From contig DASYUC010000080.1 of NCBI GenBank assembly GCA_036001645.1, forward strand, positions 9,348-73,347: a stretch of DNA of 64,000 nucleotides, in the 5' to 3' direction. Positions 1 through 8,918 of this stretch are shown here, piece after piece (the first letter of the stretch is position 1; each line of letters begins with the position of its first letter). The position numbers and the translations under genes are program-made. The stretch is from Candidatus Limnocylindria bacterium. Its GTDB lineage: Bacteria > Chloroflexota > Limnocylindria > P2-11E. A model generated the notes under the pieces. It saw nothing but the letters and a program-made list of their open reading frames with translations, was not told where the DNA came from and made no database searches.

Positions 1-685
1 GGCCGTGGCGCGCACGATCATGGACCGTGAGGAGACCGGCCAGCTTGCCCTCGGCGGCGAGGACCGTCGCGTGACCGTGCTCTTCGGCGACATCCGGGGG
101 TTCACGACGATCTCCGAGGGCATGACCCCGGCGATCCTCCTGGGGCACCTGAACCGCTACTTCGACGGTATGGTGACTATCGTCAACCGCTACGAAGGTA
201 CGGTGAACAAGTACAACGGCGACAACATCATGGTCATCTGGGGCGCGCCGATCGAGGTCGCGGACGAGGCGCGCAAGGCGGTCGAGTGCGCACTGGAGAT
301 GCAGAAGTGGATCCAGATGGAGCGCGCGAAAGGTGGGCCGGACGTGTCATTCGGCTTCGGCATCAACACCGGGCACGTCGTCGCGGGCTTCCTCGGCGCG
401 ATGGGCCGCATGGAGTACACCGTCATCGGTGATACCGCCAACGTCGCATCGCGTCTCACGTCAGCCGATATCGCGCGTCGCGACCAGGTCGCGTGCAGCG
501 CCGAGACGCTCAGCGAGCTGGGTGACGACGTCGATTATGTCGATCTTGGCGCCATCCACGTGAAGGGCCGCGCGGAGGCGGTGGCCTGCTACCAGATCAA
601 TCGCATCGGCGTGCTCACGAACCCGAACGCCGCGCCCGCGCCGCAGATCGGGATCGCGAACGCCGCCGTGGCAGGATTCCATTGA
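1..685 (+). CDS. Class III adenylate/guanylate cyclase catalytic-domain protein (5' end outside window)
   Basis: The frame is open to the left edge (track ORF 5..685). Cyclase motifs: FGDIRGFTTISE, YNGDNIMVIWGAP, GINTGHVVAGFLG, YTVIGDTANVASRL. Stop TGA 683-685 overlaps TTG 682 of the next ORF. Confidence 0.85.
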   Translation, partial: AVARTIMDREETGQLALGGEDRRVTVLFGDIRGFTTISEGMTPAILLGHLNRYFDGMVTIVNRYEGTVNKYNGDNIMVIWGAPIEVADEARKAVECALEMQKWIQMERAKGGPDVSFGFGINTGHVVAGFLGAMGRMEYTVIGDTANVASRLTSADIARRDQVACSAETLSELGDDVDYVDLGAIHVKGRAEAVACYQINRIGVLTNPNAAPAPQIGIANAAVAGFH

Positions 686-1182
686 TCGACATGCTCGACG
701 ACAAGGTCGCGCTCATCCTGGTGAAGCTCGGACACCTGTCGGTGCAGCGTGACCGCGAGGCGTACCTGCGTGGCCTCGTGGAGCTGTGCTCGCAGGCGGT
801 CGATGCTGAGCGATGCACCTTCTACGTCGTCGACCAGCAGAAGCAGGAGCTCTGGGCGCGCGTCGCGCAGCGGACCACGACCGAGATCCGCCTGCCGCTC
901 GGTCAGGGTCTCGCGGGGCAGTCCGCGCTCTCCGGCGAGACGATCAACGTCCCGGACGCATACGCCGACTCGCGCTTCGATCGCAAGTTCGATATGCGCA
1001 CGGGGTTCCGCACGCTGAACGTGCTCGTGGTCCCGGTGTGGGGGAGCCAGGGAAAGCCGGTGGCGGTCATCCAGGTCCTCAACAAGCGGAACGGCACCTT
1101 CGAGCGCCGCGATCAGATGCTCCTGGAGCAGATCGCCGAGACCATCGCGCCTGTCGCCGAGCGGATCACGTCGGCGGAATGA
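682..1182 (+). CDS. Stand-alone GAF domain protein
   Basis: 166 aa. GAF-like core: CTFYVVDQQKQELWARV, LPLGQGLAGQSALSGETINVPDAYADSRF, LVVPVWGSQGKPVAVIQVLN. Start is TTG 682 (TTGA overlap) or in-frame ATG 691. Confidence 0.8.
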   Translation: MIDMLDDKVALILVKLGHLSVQRDREAYLRGLVELCSQAVDAERCTFYVVDQQKQELWARVAQRTTTEIRLPLGQGLAGQSALSGETINVPDAYADSRFDRKFDMRTGFRTLNVLVVPVWGSQGKPVAVIQVLNKRNGTFERRDQMLLEQIAETIAPVAERITSAE

Positions 1183-2474
1183 GCGGCAGACCCGCCGATC
1201 GCCGGACGACGGAACGGCGCTCGGCGGCAAGCCCGGCACCGGACGGCGTCGACCGGCGAGCGGCGGAGCGCCGCAGCCGTGAGCGGCGCACGGCTGGTCA
1301 TCGGCTCGAGGTCATCCTCGACATCACGAGGCGCCTCATGTCGGTGACGGATCTCGATTCACTGCTGCACCTCATGGCCGAGGCGACGCGGGAGCTGCTG
1401 GCCGCGGACCGCGCGACGATCTTCATCGTCGATCGTGATCGCGGCGAGCTGTGGTCGCGCATCGCGCTCGGGACAGGCGAGATCCGCATCCCGCTCGGGA
1501 CCGGTATCGCCGGCAGCGTCGCCGAGACCGGCGAGGTCATCAACATCCCGGACGCGTATGCGGACGCGCGATTCAATCCGGAACCCGATCAACAGAGCGG
1601 CTACCAGACGAAGAGCCTCCTGACCTATCCGATGACCGGGCAAGAGGGTCGCGTCATCGGCGTGTTCCAGGCCGTGAACAAGCACGGCGGTGGCGCGTTC
1701 ACGAGCGCCGACGAGGACACGCTCGCGTCGCTCGCGGCGTCGGCCGCGGTCGCGGTCGAGAACGCACAGCTTGTGGCCGAGCAGAAGCAGCTGTGGCAGA
1801 CGCTCATGGAGACCCTGGCGATGACCGTCGACGCGCGCGACCAGCAGACCGCGGGGCACAGCCAGCGCGTCACGCGCTACTCCGACGTGATCGGACGCGC
1901 GATGGGCCTGAAAGGAAAGGATCTCGAGAGGCTGCGCGCCGCGGCGCTGCTACACGACTACGGAAAGATCGGCGTACGCGACCGATTCCTGCAGAAGCCG
2001 GGGAAGCTCGACGACGCCGAATTCGAATACATGAAGGCCCACGCCGAGAAGACCGCCGAGTTCCTCGCGCACCTCGAGTTCCCGCGCGACATGCGCGAAG
2101 TGCCCGTCATCGCGTCGCAGCATCACGAGCGTATGGACGGCAAGGGCTATCCGAAAGGACTTGCGGCGGAGTCGATCGTGCTGGGAGCGCGCATCGTCGC
2201 GGCGGCGGACGTCTTCGACGCTCTCACCGCCCCGCGCTACTACAAGCCGGCGTATCCGCTCGACAAGACGCTCGAGATCATGGACGGCATGGCCGGCGGC
2301 CACCTCGATCCAAAGGTGATGGCCGCGGTGCATACCGCGCAGCCGCACCTCGAGGCGGCGCTCGCGGCGCTGAAACATACCTGGCCCAAGCCGGGTGACG
2401 AGGGCATGGGGACCATCCAGGAGGCCGCGGGCCTCTCTGAGCGCGACCGAGTGGCGGAGAAGACGTCGTCATGA
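1179..2474 (+). CDS. GAF + HD-GYP domain protein (putative c-di-GMP phosphodiesterase)
   Basis: ATG 1179 overlaps the previous stop (ATGA). The longer track ORF from 813 overlaps the GAF gene in another frame and reads Arg/Pro-rich. GAF motifs: ATIFIVDRDRGELWSRI, IPLGTGIAGSVAETGEVINIPDAYADARF. HD-GYP motifs: HSQRV, LLHDYGKIG, HHERMDGKGYPKGL. Confidence 0.85.
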   Translation: MSGRPADRRTTERRSAASPAPDGVDRRAAERRSRERRTAGHRLEVILDITRRLMSVTDLDSLLHLMAEATRELLAADRATIFIVDRDRGELWSRIALGTGEIRIPLGTGIAGSVAETGEVINIPDAYADARFNPEPDQQSGYQTKSLLTYPMTGQEGRVIGVFQAVNKHGGGAFTSADEDTLASLAASAAVAVENAQLVAEQKQLWQTLMETLAMTVDARDQQTAGHSQRVTRYSDVIGRAMGLKGKDLERLRAAALLHDYGKIGVRDRFLQKPGKLDDAEFEYMKAHAEKTAEFLAHLEFPRDMREVPVIASQHHERMDGKGYPKGLAAESIVLGARIVAAADVFDALTAPRYYKPAYPLDKTLEIMDGMAGGHLDPKVMAAVHTAQPHLEAALAALKHTWPKPGDEGMGTIQEAAGLSERDRVAEKTSS

Positions 2475-3301
2475 AGATCCGCTTCTGGGGCACGCGCGGA
2501 TCCATTCCCACGCCGGGGCCCCGCACGGTCCGCTACGGGGGCAATACCGCGTGCGTCGAGGTGCGCAGCTCGGGCGGGGCGCTCCTCGTCCTGGACGCCG
2601 GGACCGGTCTGCGGGAGCTCGGGATCGCGATGATGAACGGCGGCAGCCAGCACCCCTTCGACGTCGACCTGCTCCTCTCGCACCTTCACTGGGACCACAT
2701 CCAGGGGATCCCGTTCTTCCGCCCGGCGTACGACCCGAAGAGCCGGATGCGCATCATCGGACCCAAGCAGTCGCGCAGCATGAAGGAGCTCCTCGGACTC
2801 GGCATGGACGACCCGTTCTTTCCCGTCGACATCGACGACCTTCCGGTGGAGCTCAAGATCGAGGAGATGACCGACGGCTCCGACCAGGCCGTTGGGCCGT
2901 TCCGGGTGCGCTCGTCGACGATCTTCCATCCGGCTCCGGCACTCGCCTACCGGATCGAGGCCGACGGACGCTCGGTCGTGTATGCGACGGATACGGAGGA
3001 TGCGTTCTCCGGCAAGCCGAATCCGGTCATCCCGCTGTCGGCCGACGCGAACACGCTCATTCATGACGCCCAGTACCTCCCCGGCGACTTCAAGGCGACC
3101 TGGGGCCACTCGACCGTCGACGCGGCCGTCGACATCGCGGTGAAGGCGCGCGTGGGCCGGCTCGTGCTCTATCACCACGATCCCGAGCGCAGCGATGACG
3201 CGCTCGACCGGATCGGCCGCGACGCGCAGCGCGTTGCCAGCGCGCGGCGTCCGGGCCTCGAGGTGGTCGTCGCGCGGGAAGGACTCGAGCTCGCGATCTA
3301 A
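2471..3301 (+). CDS. MBL-fold metallo-hydrolase (PhnP/COG1235-like); paralog of the N-terminal half of 13688..15082
   Basis: ATG 2471 overlaps the previous stop (ATGA). Motifs: MKIRFWGTRGSIPTPG, YGGNTACVEV, LDAGTG, metal motif LLLSHLHWDHIQGIPFF, late WGHST and LYHHDP. Confidence 0.85.
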   Translation: MKIRFWGTRGSIPTPGPRTVRYGGNTACVEVRSSGGALLVLDAGTGLRELGIAMMNGGSQHPFDVDLLLSHLHWDHIQGIPFFRPAYDPKSRMRIIGPKQSRSMKELLGLGMDDPFFPVDIDDLPVELKIEEMTDGSDQAVGPFRVRSSTIFHPAPALAYRIEADGRSVVYATDTEDAFSGKPNPVIPLSADANTLIHDAQYLPGDFKATWGHSTVDAAVDIAVKARVGRLVLYHHDPERSDDALDRIGRDAQRVASARRPGLEVVVAREGLELAI

Positions 3302-3375
3302 CGCTTAGCGCGAGCGTACGCGTTCGCGCGTGGAGTTCGGACGCGTGACGCGCGGCTCGCGAGCACGCTCCTTGA

Positions 3376-4446
3376 GTGAGAAGGCTGCTGCTCGCCGCGC
3401 TCGTCGGGATCAGTTGTGCGCAGCCCGGCTCCGCGGGTTCGGCACCGTCGCCGGTCGCTCCGGAGCCGACGCTGCCAACGCCCTCGGCGTCGCCCGCCGC
3501 CACATTCACGGCATCGCCGATCCCATCATCGGTACCGACGCAGCCGACGCCGATCCCGCTCCCGACCTTCACACAGCTTTCGGCGCCGAGCCGAGATGTC
3601 GTCTGGGCGCTCGTGGCCGGTGACCACCTCTTTCGTTCGACCGACCGCGGAGAGACGTGGGAGGAGCGGCGACTGCCGATCAAGGTGGTCATCGGGGGGC
3701 TCATGTCGTTCGTCAGCGACCGCGAGGGGTGGTTCATACCCGCTTTCGTACCGGGCACCGCCTGTCAGCAGCAGGGTTACGAGCTGTGGCACACGAGCGA
3801 CGCCGGCGACTCGTGGGAACTTCTGAGTTACGCACCGGGTCCGTTCGATAACCAGGTCTTCGGACCGCTCTTCGGGCAATGCAAGCGCGGGGTCCTCTTC
3901 GCCGACCCTATGAACGGGATCGTGTCGGCGTCGGATCCCTACACGCCGCCGACCGTGCATCGCACGAGCGACGGAGGAAAGACGTGGACCAGGACGAGGC
4001 TCCCCGATCCGCCGGGCTTCGCGACGAACGGCGGTGGGAACGCGCTGCAGCCGCGGAGTCTCCGAGCAGTGGGCTCGATCCTCCTCGTCGACGCGGTCGC
4101 CGTCATCGATCAGCGCCCGGTCCACTACGTGTTCCGCTCGAACGATCGCGGCGCGTCCTGGAATGTCGTGGCGACGCTTGCGAACGTGAACGCAGCGCTC
4201 GTCTTTGTCAGCGCGTCACGCTGGTTGGACCTCGCGCTGGCGTCATCGACCCAGGAGACGACGAACGGTGGCGCGACCTGGCATGCCTTCGCGACCGACT
4301 ACTCGCAGGCGGCCGGTGTCGCCCCCGAGGTGGTCTTCGCGGACGCGGGTGTGGGCTATGCGACGGTCCGGGGTTCGGTCCAGCGGAGCGTCGACGGTGG
4401 CGCACATTGGAGTGGACTCCAAACGCCGGGCACTCAGCGTCCCTAG
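3376..4446 (+). CDS. Secreted/lipoprotein beta-propeller with BNR/Asp-box repeats (Ycf48/sialidase-like fold)
   Basis: GTG start. N-terminal signal RRLLLAALVGISC. Six Asp-box-like repeats: STDRGETW, TSDAGDSW, TSDGGKTW, SNDRGASW, TTNGGATW, SVDGGAHW. Confidence 0.75.
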   Translation: MRRLLLAALVGISCAQPGSAGSAPSPVAPEPTLPTPSASPAATFTASPIPSSVPTQPTPIPLPTFTQLSAPSRDVVWALVAGDHLFRSTDRGETWEERRLPIKVVIGGLMSFVSDREGWFIPAFVPGTACQQQGYELWHTSDAGDSWELLSYAPGPFDNQVFGPLFGQCKRGVLFADPMNGIVSASDPYTPPTVHRTSDGGKTWTRTRLPDPPGFATNGGGNALQPRSLRAVGSILLVDAVAVIDQRPVHYVFRSNDRGASWNVVATLANVNAALVFVSASRWLDLALASSTQETTNGGATWHAFATDYSQAAGVAPEVVFADAGVGYATVRGSVQRSVDGGAHWSGLQTPGTQRP

Positions 4447-5132
4447 CGCACCCCGAGGAGACGCGCGCGCTGTCCCTCGGGCCGCTCTGTCAGCTCGATC
4501 GTGATGAAGCCGACGTCCTTCGGGGCGCCCGCCGCGGTCTCGACGTGCAGCCAGACCTCAACGGACCGTACGTCCCCGAGGTCGTGCTCCGGAAGCGGCG
4601 CGACCGCGTCGAGCTTCGTGTCGCCGCCATCCGTCGTCTTGCGGATGAGGACCTGCGTGACCGCACTCCCGGCGTCGCGGTAGCGGAGCTCGATCGCTCC
4701 CGGCGCCGACGCGAAGTCAACGTCCGCCTCGACGACGACGGAGAGCCGGCCCCGTCGCGGCTCGTCGATGTGTCGCTGCTTCACGCGGAGCGCGCCGGTC
4801 GCGTCACCCGCGAATGAGATCCGTGCGACCTCCTCGCGGTACAGGAGCGGCCCGAAGTCACCGGACTGCGGTCCCGGATGACCGACGTCGAGGCGGTACG
4901 ACTCCAGCCAGGCGCCGCCGATGAGGATGACGAGCGCGAGCGCGACGGCCGCGAACGCCGGGAGCCGATTCGACCCGCGCGCCGGCCGGCGCCGCTCGGC
5001 GAGGCGTGACCAGACCCGTTCGCGCGCGCGAGCGGTGCCGTCCAGCGGAGCGGCAAGGCGGCGCGTGAGCGGTTCCGACCGTGGGTCGTCTCGCTCGTCG
5101 GTCACCACGCGCCTCCCTCCTCGTCGTAGCAT
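4443..5132 (-). CDS. Putative membrane-anchored anti-sigma factor
   Basis: Lies immediately downstream of, and overlapping, the ECF sigma gene. It has a short cytoplasmic N-terminus, one TM segment (LPAFAAVALALVILIGGAWL) and an extracytoplasmic domain. The start may be GTG 5105 or 5108 (GTGA overlap with the sigma stop) rather than ATG 5132. Confidence 0.5.
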   Translation of the reverse strand: MLRRGGRRVVTDERDDPRSEPLTRRLAAPLDGTARARERVWSRLAERRRPARGSNRLPAFAAVALALVILIGGAWLESYRLDVGHPGPQSGDFGPLLYREEVARISFAGDATGALRVKQRHIDEPRRGRLSVVVEADVDFASAPGAIELRYRDAGSAVTQVLIRKTTDGGDTKLDAVAPLPEHDLGDVRSVEVWLHVETAAGAPKDVGFITIELTERPEGQRARLLGVR

Positions 5133-5635
5133 CGCGCGAGCTCGCGGCGGGCACGGAAGAGCCGCGACCGGACCGCGGCGACCGTCGTTTGCTCGACGCG
5201 CGCGATCTCCTCGTAGCTGAGTCCGGCCGCCGACTGCAGCAGGATCAGCGTCGCGTCCTCCGCTCGTAGACGTCGCAGCGCGCGACCGAGCGGACCGCCG
5301 ACGACGTCCTCCTCGGGTCGCGTCTGTACGAGAGCGTCGAAGAGACGAAAGCGTCGCTGACGCGCGCGCAGGATGTCGATCGCGCCGCGCTTCGCGACGC
5401 GGTACAGCAGATGCGTCGGCGGCTCGCGCAGCCGGCCCTGCGACCAGTACTCGAACACCGTCAGGTACGCCTTCTGGCAGACGTCTTCGGCCTCCTCGTC
5501 GGTCCGGGCCACGCGCCGCGCGATGCCCCAGACCGTGGCGAACGTGTCGTGATACAGGTCTTCGAAGGCACGCTCGCTGAATACGTCGCCGGCATCGGTC
5601 AAAGATCGCGCTCCAGCGGCGCGAGGAATGGCCAT
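5102..5635 (-). CDS. ECF-type RNA polymerase sigma-70 family factor
   Basis: 177 aa. Region 2-like: FEDLYHDTFATVWGIARRVARTDEEAEDVCQKAYLTVFEYW. Region 4 HTH-like: LSYEEIARVEQTTVAAVRSRLFRARREL. Confidence 0.85.
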   Translation of the reverse strand: MAIPRAAGARSLTDAGDVFSERAFEDLYHDTFATVWGIARRVARTDEEAEDVCQKAYLTVFEYWSQGRLREPPTHLLYRVAKRGAIDILRARQRRFRLFDALVQTRPEEDVVGGPLGRALRRLRAEDATLILLQSAAGLSYEEIARVEQTTVAAVRSRLFRARRELARCYDEEGGAW

Positions 5636-5656
5636 CTCGTGCGACTACCGTGTCAG

Positions 5657-7318
5657 ATGCAGAGAACGTTCACCGCGCTCGCCTGCTTGCTCGTCCTCAG
5701 TTCCTGTGGCGTCGCGCCGCGCCCGGTGGCGGAGGAGCCGTGGAAGACCGAGAGCGAGCTCGTGACGAACATCGGCTTCGAGCCGGAGACGATCGATCCT
5801 CAGAAGGCGACCTTCGCGACCGAGATCCAGGCCGCGATGATGGTCTACGAGCCGCTGCTGACGTACGACCCCGCGACGCTGACGCTCTTGCCCGCCGCGG
5901 CCCGAGCGCTTCCCGACGTGTCGACCGACGGGCGCGTGTACACGTACACGCTGCGCCCCGGTCTCACGTACTCGGACGGCGTGCCGCTCACCGCCGAGCA
6001 CTTCGCGAACGCGTGGCGGCGGCTGTGCGATCCCCGCAGCGGTGGCGACTTCGCGTTCCTCGCCTATCTGATCGAGGGCTGCGAGAAGCTGAACATGCTC
6101 GACCGGTATCGTGCGACCGCGGCGGAGTACGACACCGCGAGGTCGCTGATCGGCGTCCGCGCGCTCGATGACGTCACGATCAGGTTCACACTCCGTGAGC
6201 CGGCAGCTCACTTTCCGCAGATCACGGCGCTCTCGATCGGCGCGCCCATGCGTCCGCCAGAGGTCGAGCACGGGCGCTTGCAGGGCGCGCAGGGTACCGA
6301 ACTCGATCGGTATGTCGGCAATGGGCCATACCGGCTTGTCGAATGGAAGCGCCACGAGCGCATGGTCTTCGAGCGCAACGAGCGGTACCGGTCACCGGTG
6401 CGCCTCTTGCGCTGGACGAAGGTCATGATCCGCGACTCGGACGTCGCGCGACGGGCGTATGACGATGGGCGTCTCGACGTGCTCGCCGTGGTCCCGCGGA
6501 CCGACGCGGAGCGTGAAGAGCTCCTCGTCCGAACCGATCTTCGACGCTCGCCGGGTCCGTGCACGTCCTACGTCGCGTTCAACACGAAGGCGCCTCCTTT
6601 CGACGACGAACGCGTTCGCCTGGCATTCGCGAAGGCTCTCGACAAGGAGGAGTTCGCCCGGACGGTCGAGCGAACCGCGCGCGCGGCGCCATCACTCGTC
6701 CCTCATGGGCAGCCGAGCCACGCGCACGACGATCGGGTCCAGGCGTTCGACCCGGTCGTCGCGCGGCGGCTCCTCACTGAGTCAGGCTATGGAGCGCCGA
6801 GTGGGGGACGCCTCGGCGCGCCGATTCGCGTGCTGTTCAGTGCGTCTCCGCAGCAGACTGCCCGTGCCCAGTGGCTCATCGCGCAGTGGCGCGCGTATCT
6901 GGGAGTTGAGATCATCCCGGACCCAGTCGTAGCCGGCGGGCACGGGCCATTGATCAAGCGCGGCCCGAGCGCGCTCCAGATAGCGATCATGGGCTGGTGT
7001 CAGGACTATCCGGACGGCGAGGCTTGGTACGGAGCGCTCTTTCGGAAGAACGGGATCGCGTCGTCGCGGACGCAATTCGACGACCCTGCTCTTGTCACGC
7101 TGCTCGACCAGGCCGAGCGCGAACGTGACCCATTAGAGCGTCAGCTCCTGTTCGAGCGCGCGAGTAGTCACGCGAGCCGCACTGCATCCGTGGCCTGGCT
7201 GGCCTGGAGCGAGAACTGGCTGCTTGTTCGTCCTGAGGTCAAGGGATACGAGCTGACGTCGTTCGACTCCGACTTCGCGCAGTTCTCTCTCGCTCGCGTC
7301 TATCGCTCAGCTCCCTGA
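5657..7318 (+). CDS. ABC transporter substrate-binding lipoprotein, family 5 (peptide/nickel, OppA/DppA-like)
   Basis: In-frame ATG 5657 gives MQRTFTALACLLVLSSC (lipobox). The part of the track ORF upstream of 5657 overlaps the sigma gene. SBP_bac_5-like segments: YEPLLTYDP, YTYTLRPGLTYSDGVPLTAEHF, VAFNTKAPPFDDERVRLAF. Confidence 0.85.
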   Translation: MQRTFTALACLLVLSSCGVAPRPVAEEPWKTESELVTNIGFEPETIDPQKATFATEIQAAMMVYEPLLTYDPATLTLLPAAARALPDVSTDGRVYTYTLRPGLTYSDGVPLTAEHFANAWRRLCDPRSGGDFAFLAYLIEGCEKLNMLDRYRATAAEYDTARSLIGVRALDDVTIRFTLREPAAHFPQITALSIGAPMRPPEVEHGRLQGAQGTELDRYVGNGPYRLVEWKRHERMVFERNERYRSPVRLLRWTKVMIRDSDVARRAYDDGRLDVLAVVPRTDAEREELLVRTDLRRSPGPCTSYVAFNTKAPPFDDERVRLAFAKALDKEEFARTVERTARAAPSLVPHGQPSHAHDDRVQAFDPVVARRLLTESGYGAPSGGRLGAPIRVLFSASPQQTARAQWLIAQWRAYLGVEIIPDPVVAGGHGPLIKRGPSALQIAIMGWCQDYPDGEAWYGALFRKNGIASSRTQFDDPALVTLLDQAERERDPLERQLLFERASSHASRTASVAWLAWSENWLLVRPEVKGYELTSFDSDFAQFSLARVYRSAP

Positions 7319-7358
7319 GGGGTATCGTCGGAGCCGAGAAACGCAGGGGAGTCTGGCG

Positions 7359-7688
7359 ATGAATGCGCTCGAAACGATCAATCAAGCGCGCGACGCACTC
7401 ACGGTGAAACGTGTGTACGGCGAGCCCTATCAACAGGACGGCGTGACCATCATTCCCGCGGCGGTCGTGATGGGCGGGGGCGGTGGGGGCGGCGACACGC
7501 AGGGCAACGGCGGCGGCGGCTTCGGCCTCTCGGCGCGGCCCACAGGCGCGTGGGTCATCAAGGACGGCGACGCGACCTGGCGGCCCGCGATCGACGTGAA
7601 CCGCGCGATCCTGATGGGTCAGGTCGTCGCGATCGTGATGTTCCTTTCGCTCCGGTCGATCTTCAAGGCGTGGGCGAAGCGACGATGA
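7359..7688 (+). CDS. GerW/YtfJ-family protein
   Basis: 109 aa. VYGEPYQQDGVTIIPAAVV is followed by a Gly-rich segment (GGGGGGGDTQGNGGGGFG), PTGAWVI and a C-terminal hydrophobic helix. This layout matches B. subtilis YtfJ. Confidence 0.65.
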   Translation: MNALETINQARDALTVKRVYGEPYQQDGVTIIPAAVVMGGGGGGGDTQGNGGGGFGLSARPTGAWVIKDGDATWRPAIDVNRAILMGQVVAIVMFLSLRSIFKAWAKRR

Positions 7689-8652
7689 CGCTCCCGCGGC
7701 GGCGGTCGATCGCGTAACCGGAGCCCACTCGGCGCTTCGCGACCTCCTTCATCTCGGCCGCGGCGCGCGCGACCTCGGTCGCGCCGGCGAAGCGCTCCGG
7801 ACGCAGGGGGACGATGCCGATCGAGACGGTGACGAATGGCACGCGTCGCGTCCGCCCGCGACGGTCGGGCGACTCGACCCAGCCGCGCGCGCGGTCCTCC
7901 GCGTCGTAGAGCGCGGGGATCGAGGCGTCGAAGCGCGCGATGATCTCCTTCGCCAGCTCCTCGGCACTCGTGCCGGGCACGAGGACGACGAAATCGTCCC
8001 CGCCGACGTGTCCGATGAACGTGTCATCGCCCCGCTCGCCGACGGTCTGGCTCAGCAGCTCGGCGAGGTGGGCGATCAGGCGGTCACCACGCGCGAACCC
8101 GTGGTGGTCGTTGAAGTCCTTGAAATGATCGACGTCGACGTAGAGGCACGCCACTTCAGTTGCGTCGGCAAGCCGCACGTCGATCTCGTGGGCGATGCTG
8201 AGGTTGCCCGGGAGGCCCGACAGGGGATTCAGCGAACGGAGCTCCGCCGCGCGCCGCAGGGCCGAGGCGATCCGGGCCACGAGCTCGTCGACGTCGAACG
8301 GCTTCGCGACGTAGTCGTCGGCGCCGTTGCGGAACCGAGCGGTCATCTCGGCGGTCGTGCGTTTCGCGGTGACGAAGAGGACCGGGATGTAGCGCGTACG
8401 TGGATCGCGACGCAGCTCGCGATGCACCTCATCACCGGACAGGAACGGCATGCTGACGTCGAGCACCACGAGGTCGGGCCGGATGGCGCGCGTGAGCTCG
8501 AGCGCGGTCTTGCCGTCGGCGGCCAGGACGCAGTCGTAGCCGGCCTCCTGGAGGGCCATGTCGATCAAGTCCCGTGTCGAAGGATCGTCGTCCGCGACTA
8601 GTACGCGGCTCGGCATATGTTCAGGATTAGCGACCGTGGACGGCTTGAACAA
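7663..8652 (-). CDS. Response regulator receiver + GGDEF-family domain (motif GGDDF)
   Basis: REC: VLVADDDPSTRDLI, LVVLDVSMP, AKPF. GGDEF-like: YVDVDHFKDFNDHHGFARGDRLI, HVGGDDFVVLV. The 3' end overlaps the convergent GerW gene by 26 nt. Confidence 0.85.
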   Translation of the reverse strand: MFKPSTVANPEHMPSRVLVADDDPSTRDLIDMALQEAGYDCVLAADGKTALELTRAIRPDLVVLDVSMPFLSGDEVHRELRRDPRTRYIPVLFVTAKRTTAEMTARFRNGADDYVAKPFDVDELVARIASALRRAAELRSLNPLSGLPGNLSIAHEIDVRLADATEVACLYVDVDHFKDFNDHHGFARGDRLIAHLAELLSQTVGERGDDTFIGHVGGDDFVVLVPGTSAEELAKEIIARFDASIPALYDAEDRARGWVESPDRRGRTRRVPFVTVSIGIVPLRPERFAGATEVARAAAEMKEVAKRRVGSGYAIDRRRGSVIVASPTP

Positions 8653-8798
8653 TGAGAAAACGGTACCGGCAGGCCACCGCTGGTCCTGTTTTCCGGCAAG
8701 GGAACGAGCGAGCGCATGTGGGCTATTTACCGGCTGTTGACGTTCTTCGCTGCTATCGGCGCTTTGCTAACTCGGCCGGTCTCCACAGCCGCTGCGTC

Positions 8799-8884
8799 GG
8801 TGGGCGAGGAGGGACTCGAACCCTCACGCTCTTTCGAGCAAGAGCTCCTAAAACTCTCGCGTAAACCGATTCCGCCACTCGCCC
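8799..8884 (-). tRNA. tRNA-Leu (anticodon UAG), class II with long variable arm
   Basis: The reverse complement folds by hand. Acceptor GGGCGAG/CTCGCCC. Anticodon stem AGAGT/GCTCT with loop TTTAGGA (anticodon TAG). Variable arm GCTC-GAAA-GAGC. T arm GAGGG-TTCGAGT-CCCTC. Discriminator A followed by CC; the terminal A is not encoded. Confidence 0.85.
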
Positions 8885-8918
8885 GGCATTCAAGCGTAGC
8901 CGCATCGCCTCGGCGCGA

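Noticed and set aside
813-1178. N-terminal extensions of track ORFs: 813..1178, 5411..5656, 10824..10958, 31417..31827, 33681..34535, 47282..47662, 50470..50607, 62339..63043 and 16227..16439.
   Set aside because: The extensions overlap well-supported neighbouring genes or the T-box leader, read as low-complexity Arg/Pro/Ser sequence, and are followed by in-frame starts. Those starts often have an RBS or a 4-nt stop/start overlap and give canonical N-termini.
7471-7530. A GGC/GGG-rich repetitive stretch that might look like a tandem repeat.
   Set aside because: It encodes the Gly-rich loop (GGGGGGGDTQGNGGGGFG) characteristic of GerW/YtfJ proteins. It is coding low complexity, not a repeat element or a CRISPR array.
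8653-8918. tRNA-Leu as a possible integration site for a genomic island.
   Set aside because: No integrase, no direct repeat of the tRNA 3' end, and no compositional break is visible on either side. The flanking genes are ordinary metabolic and signalling genes.
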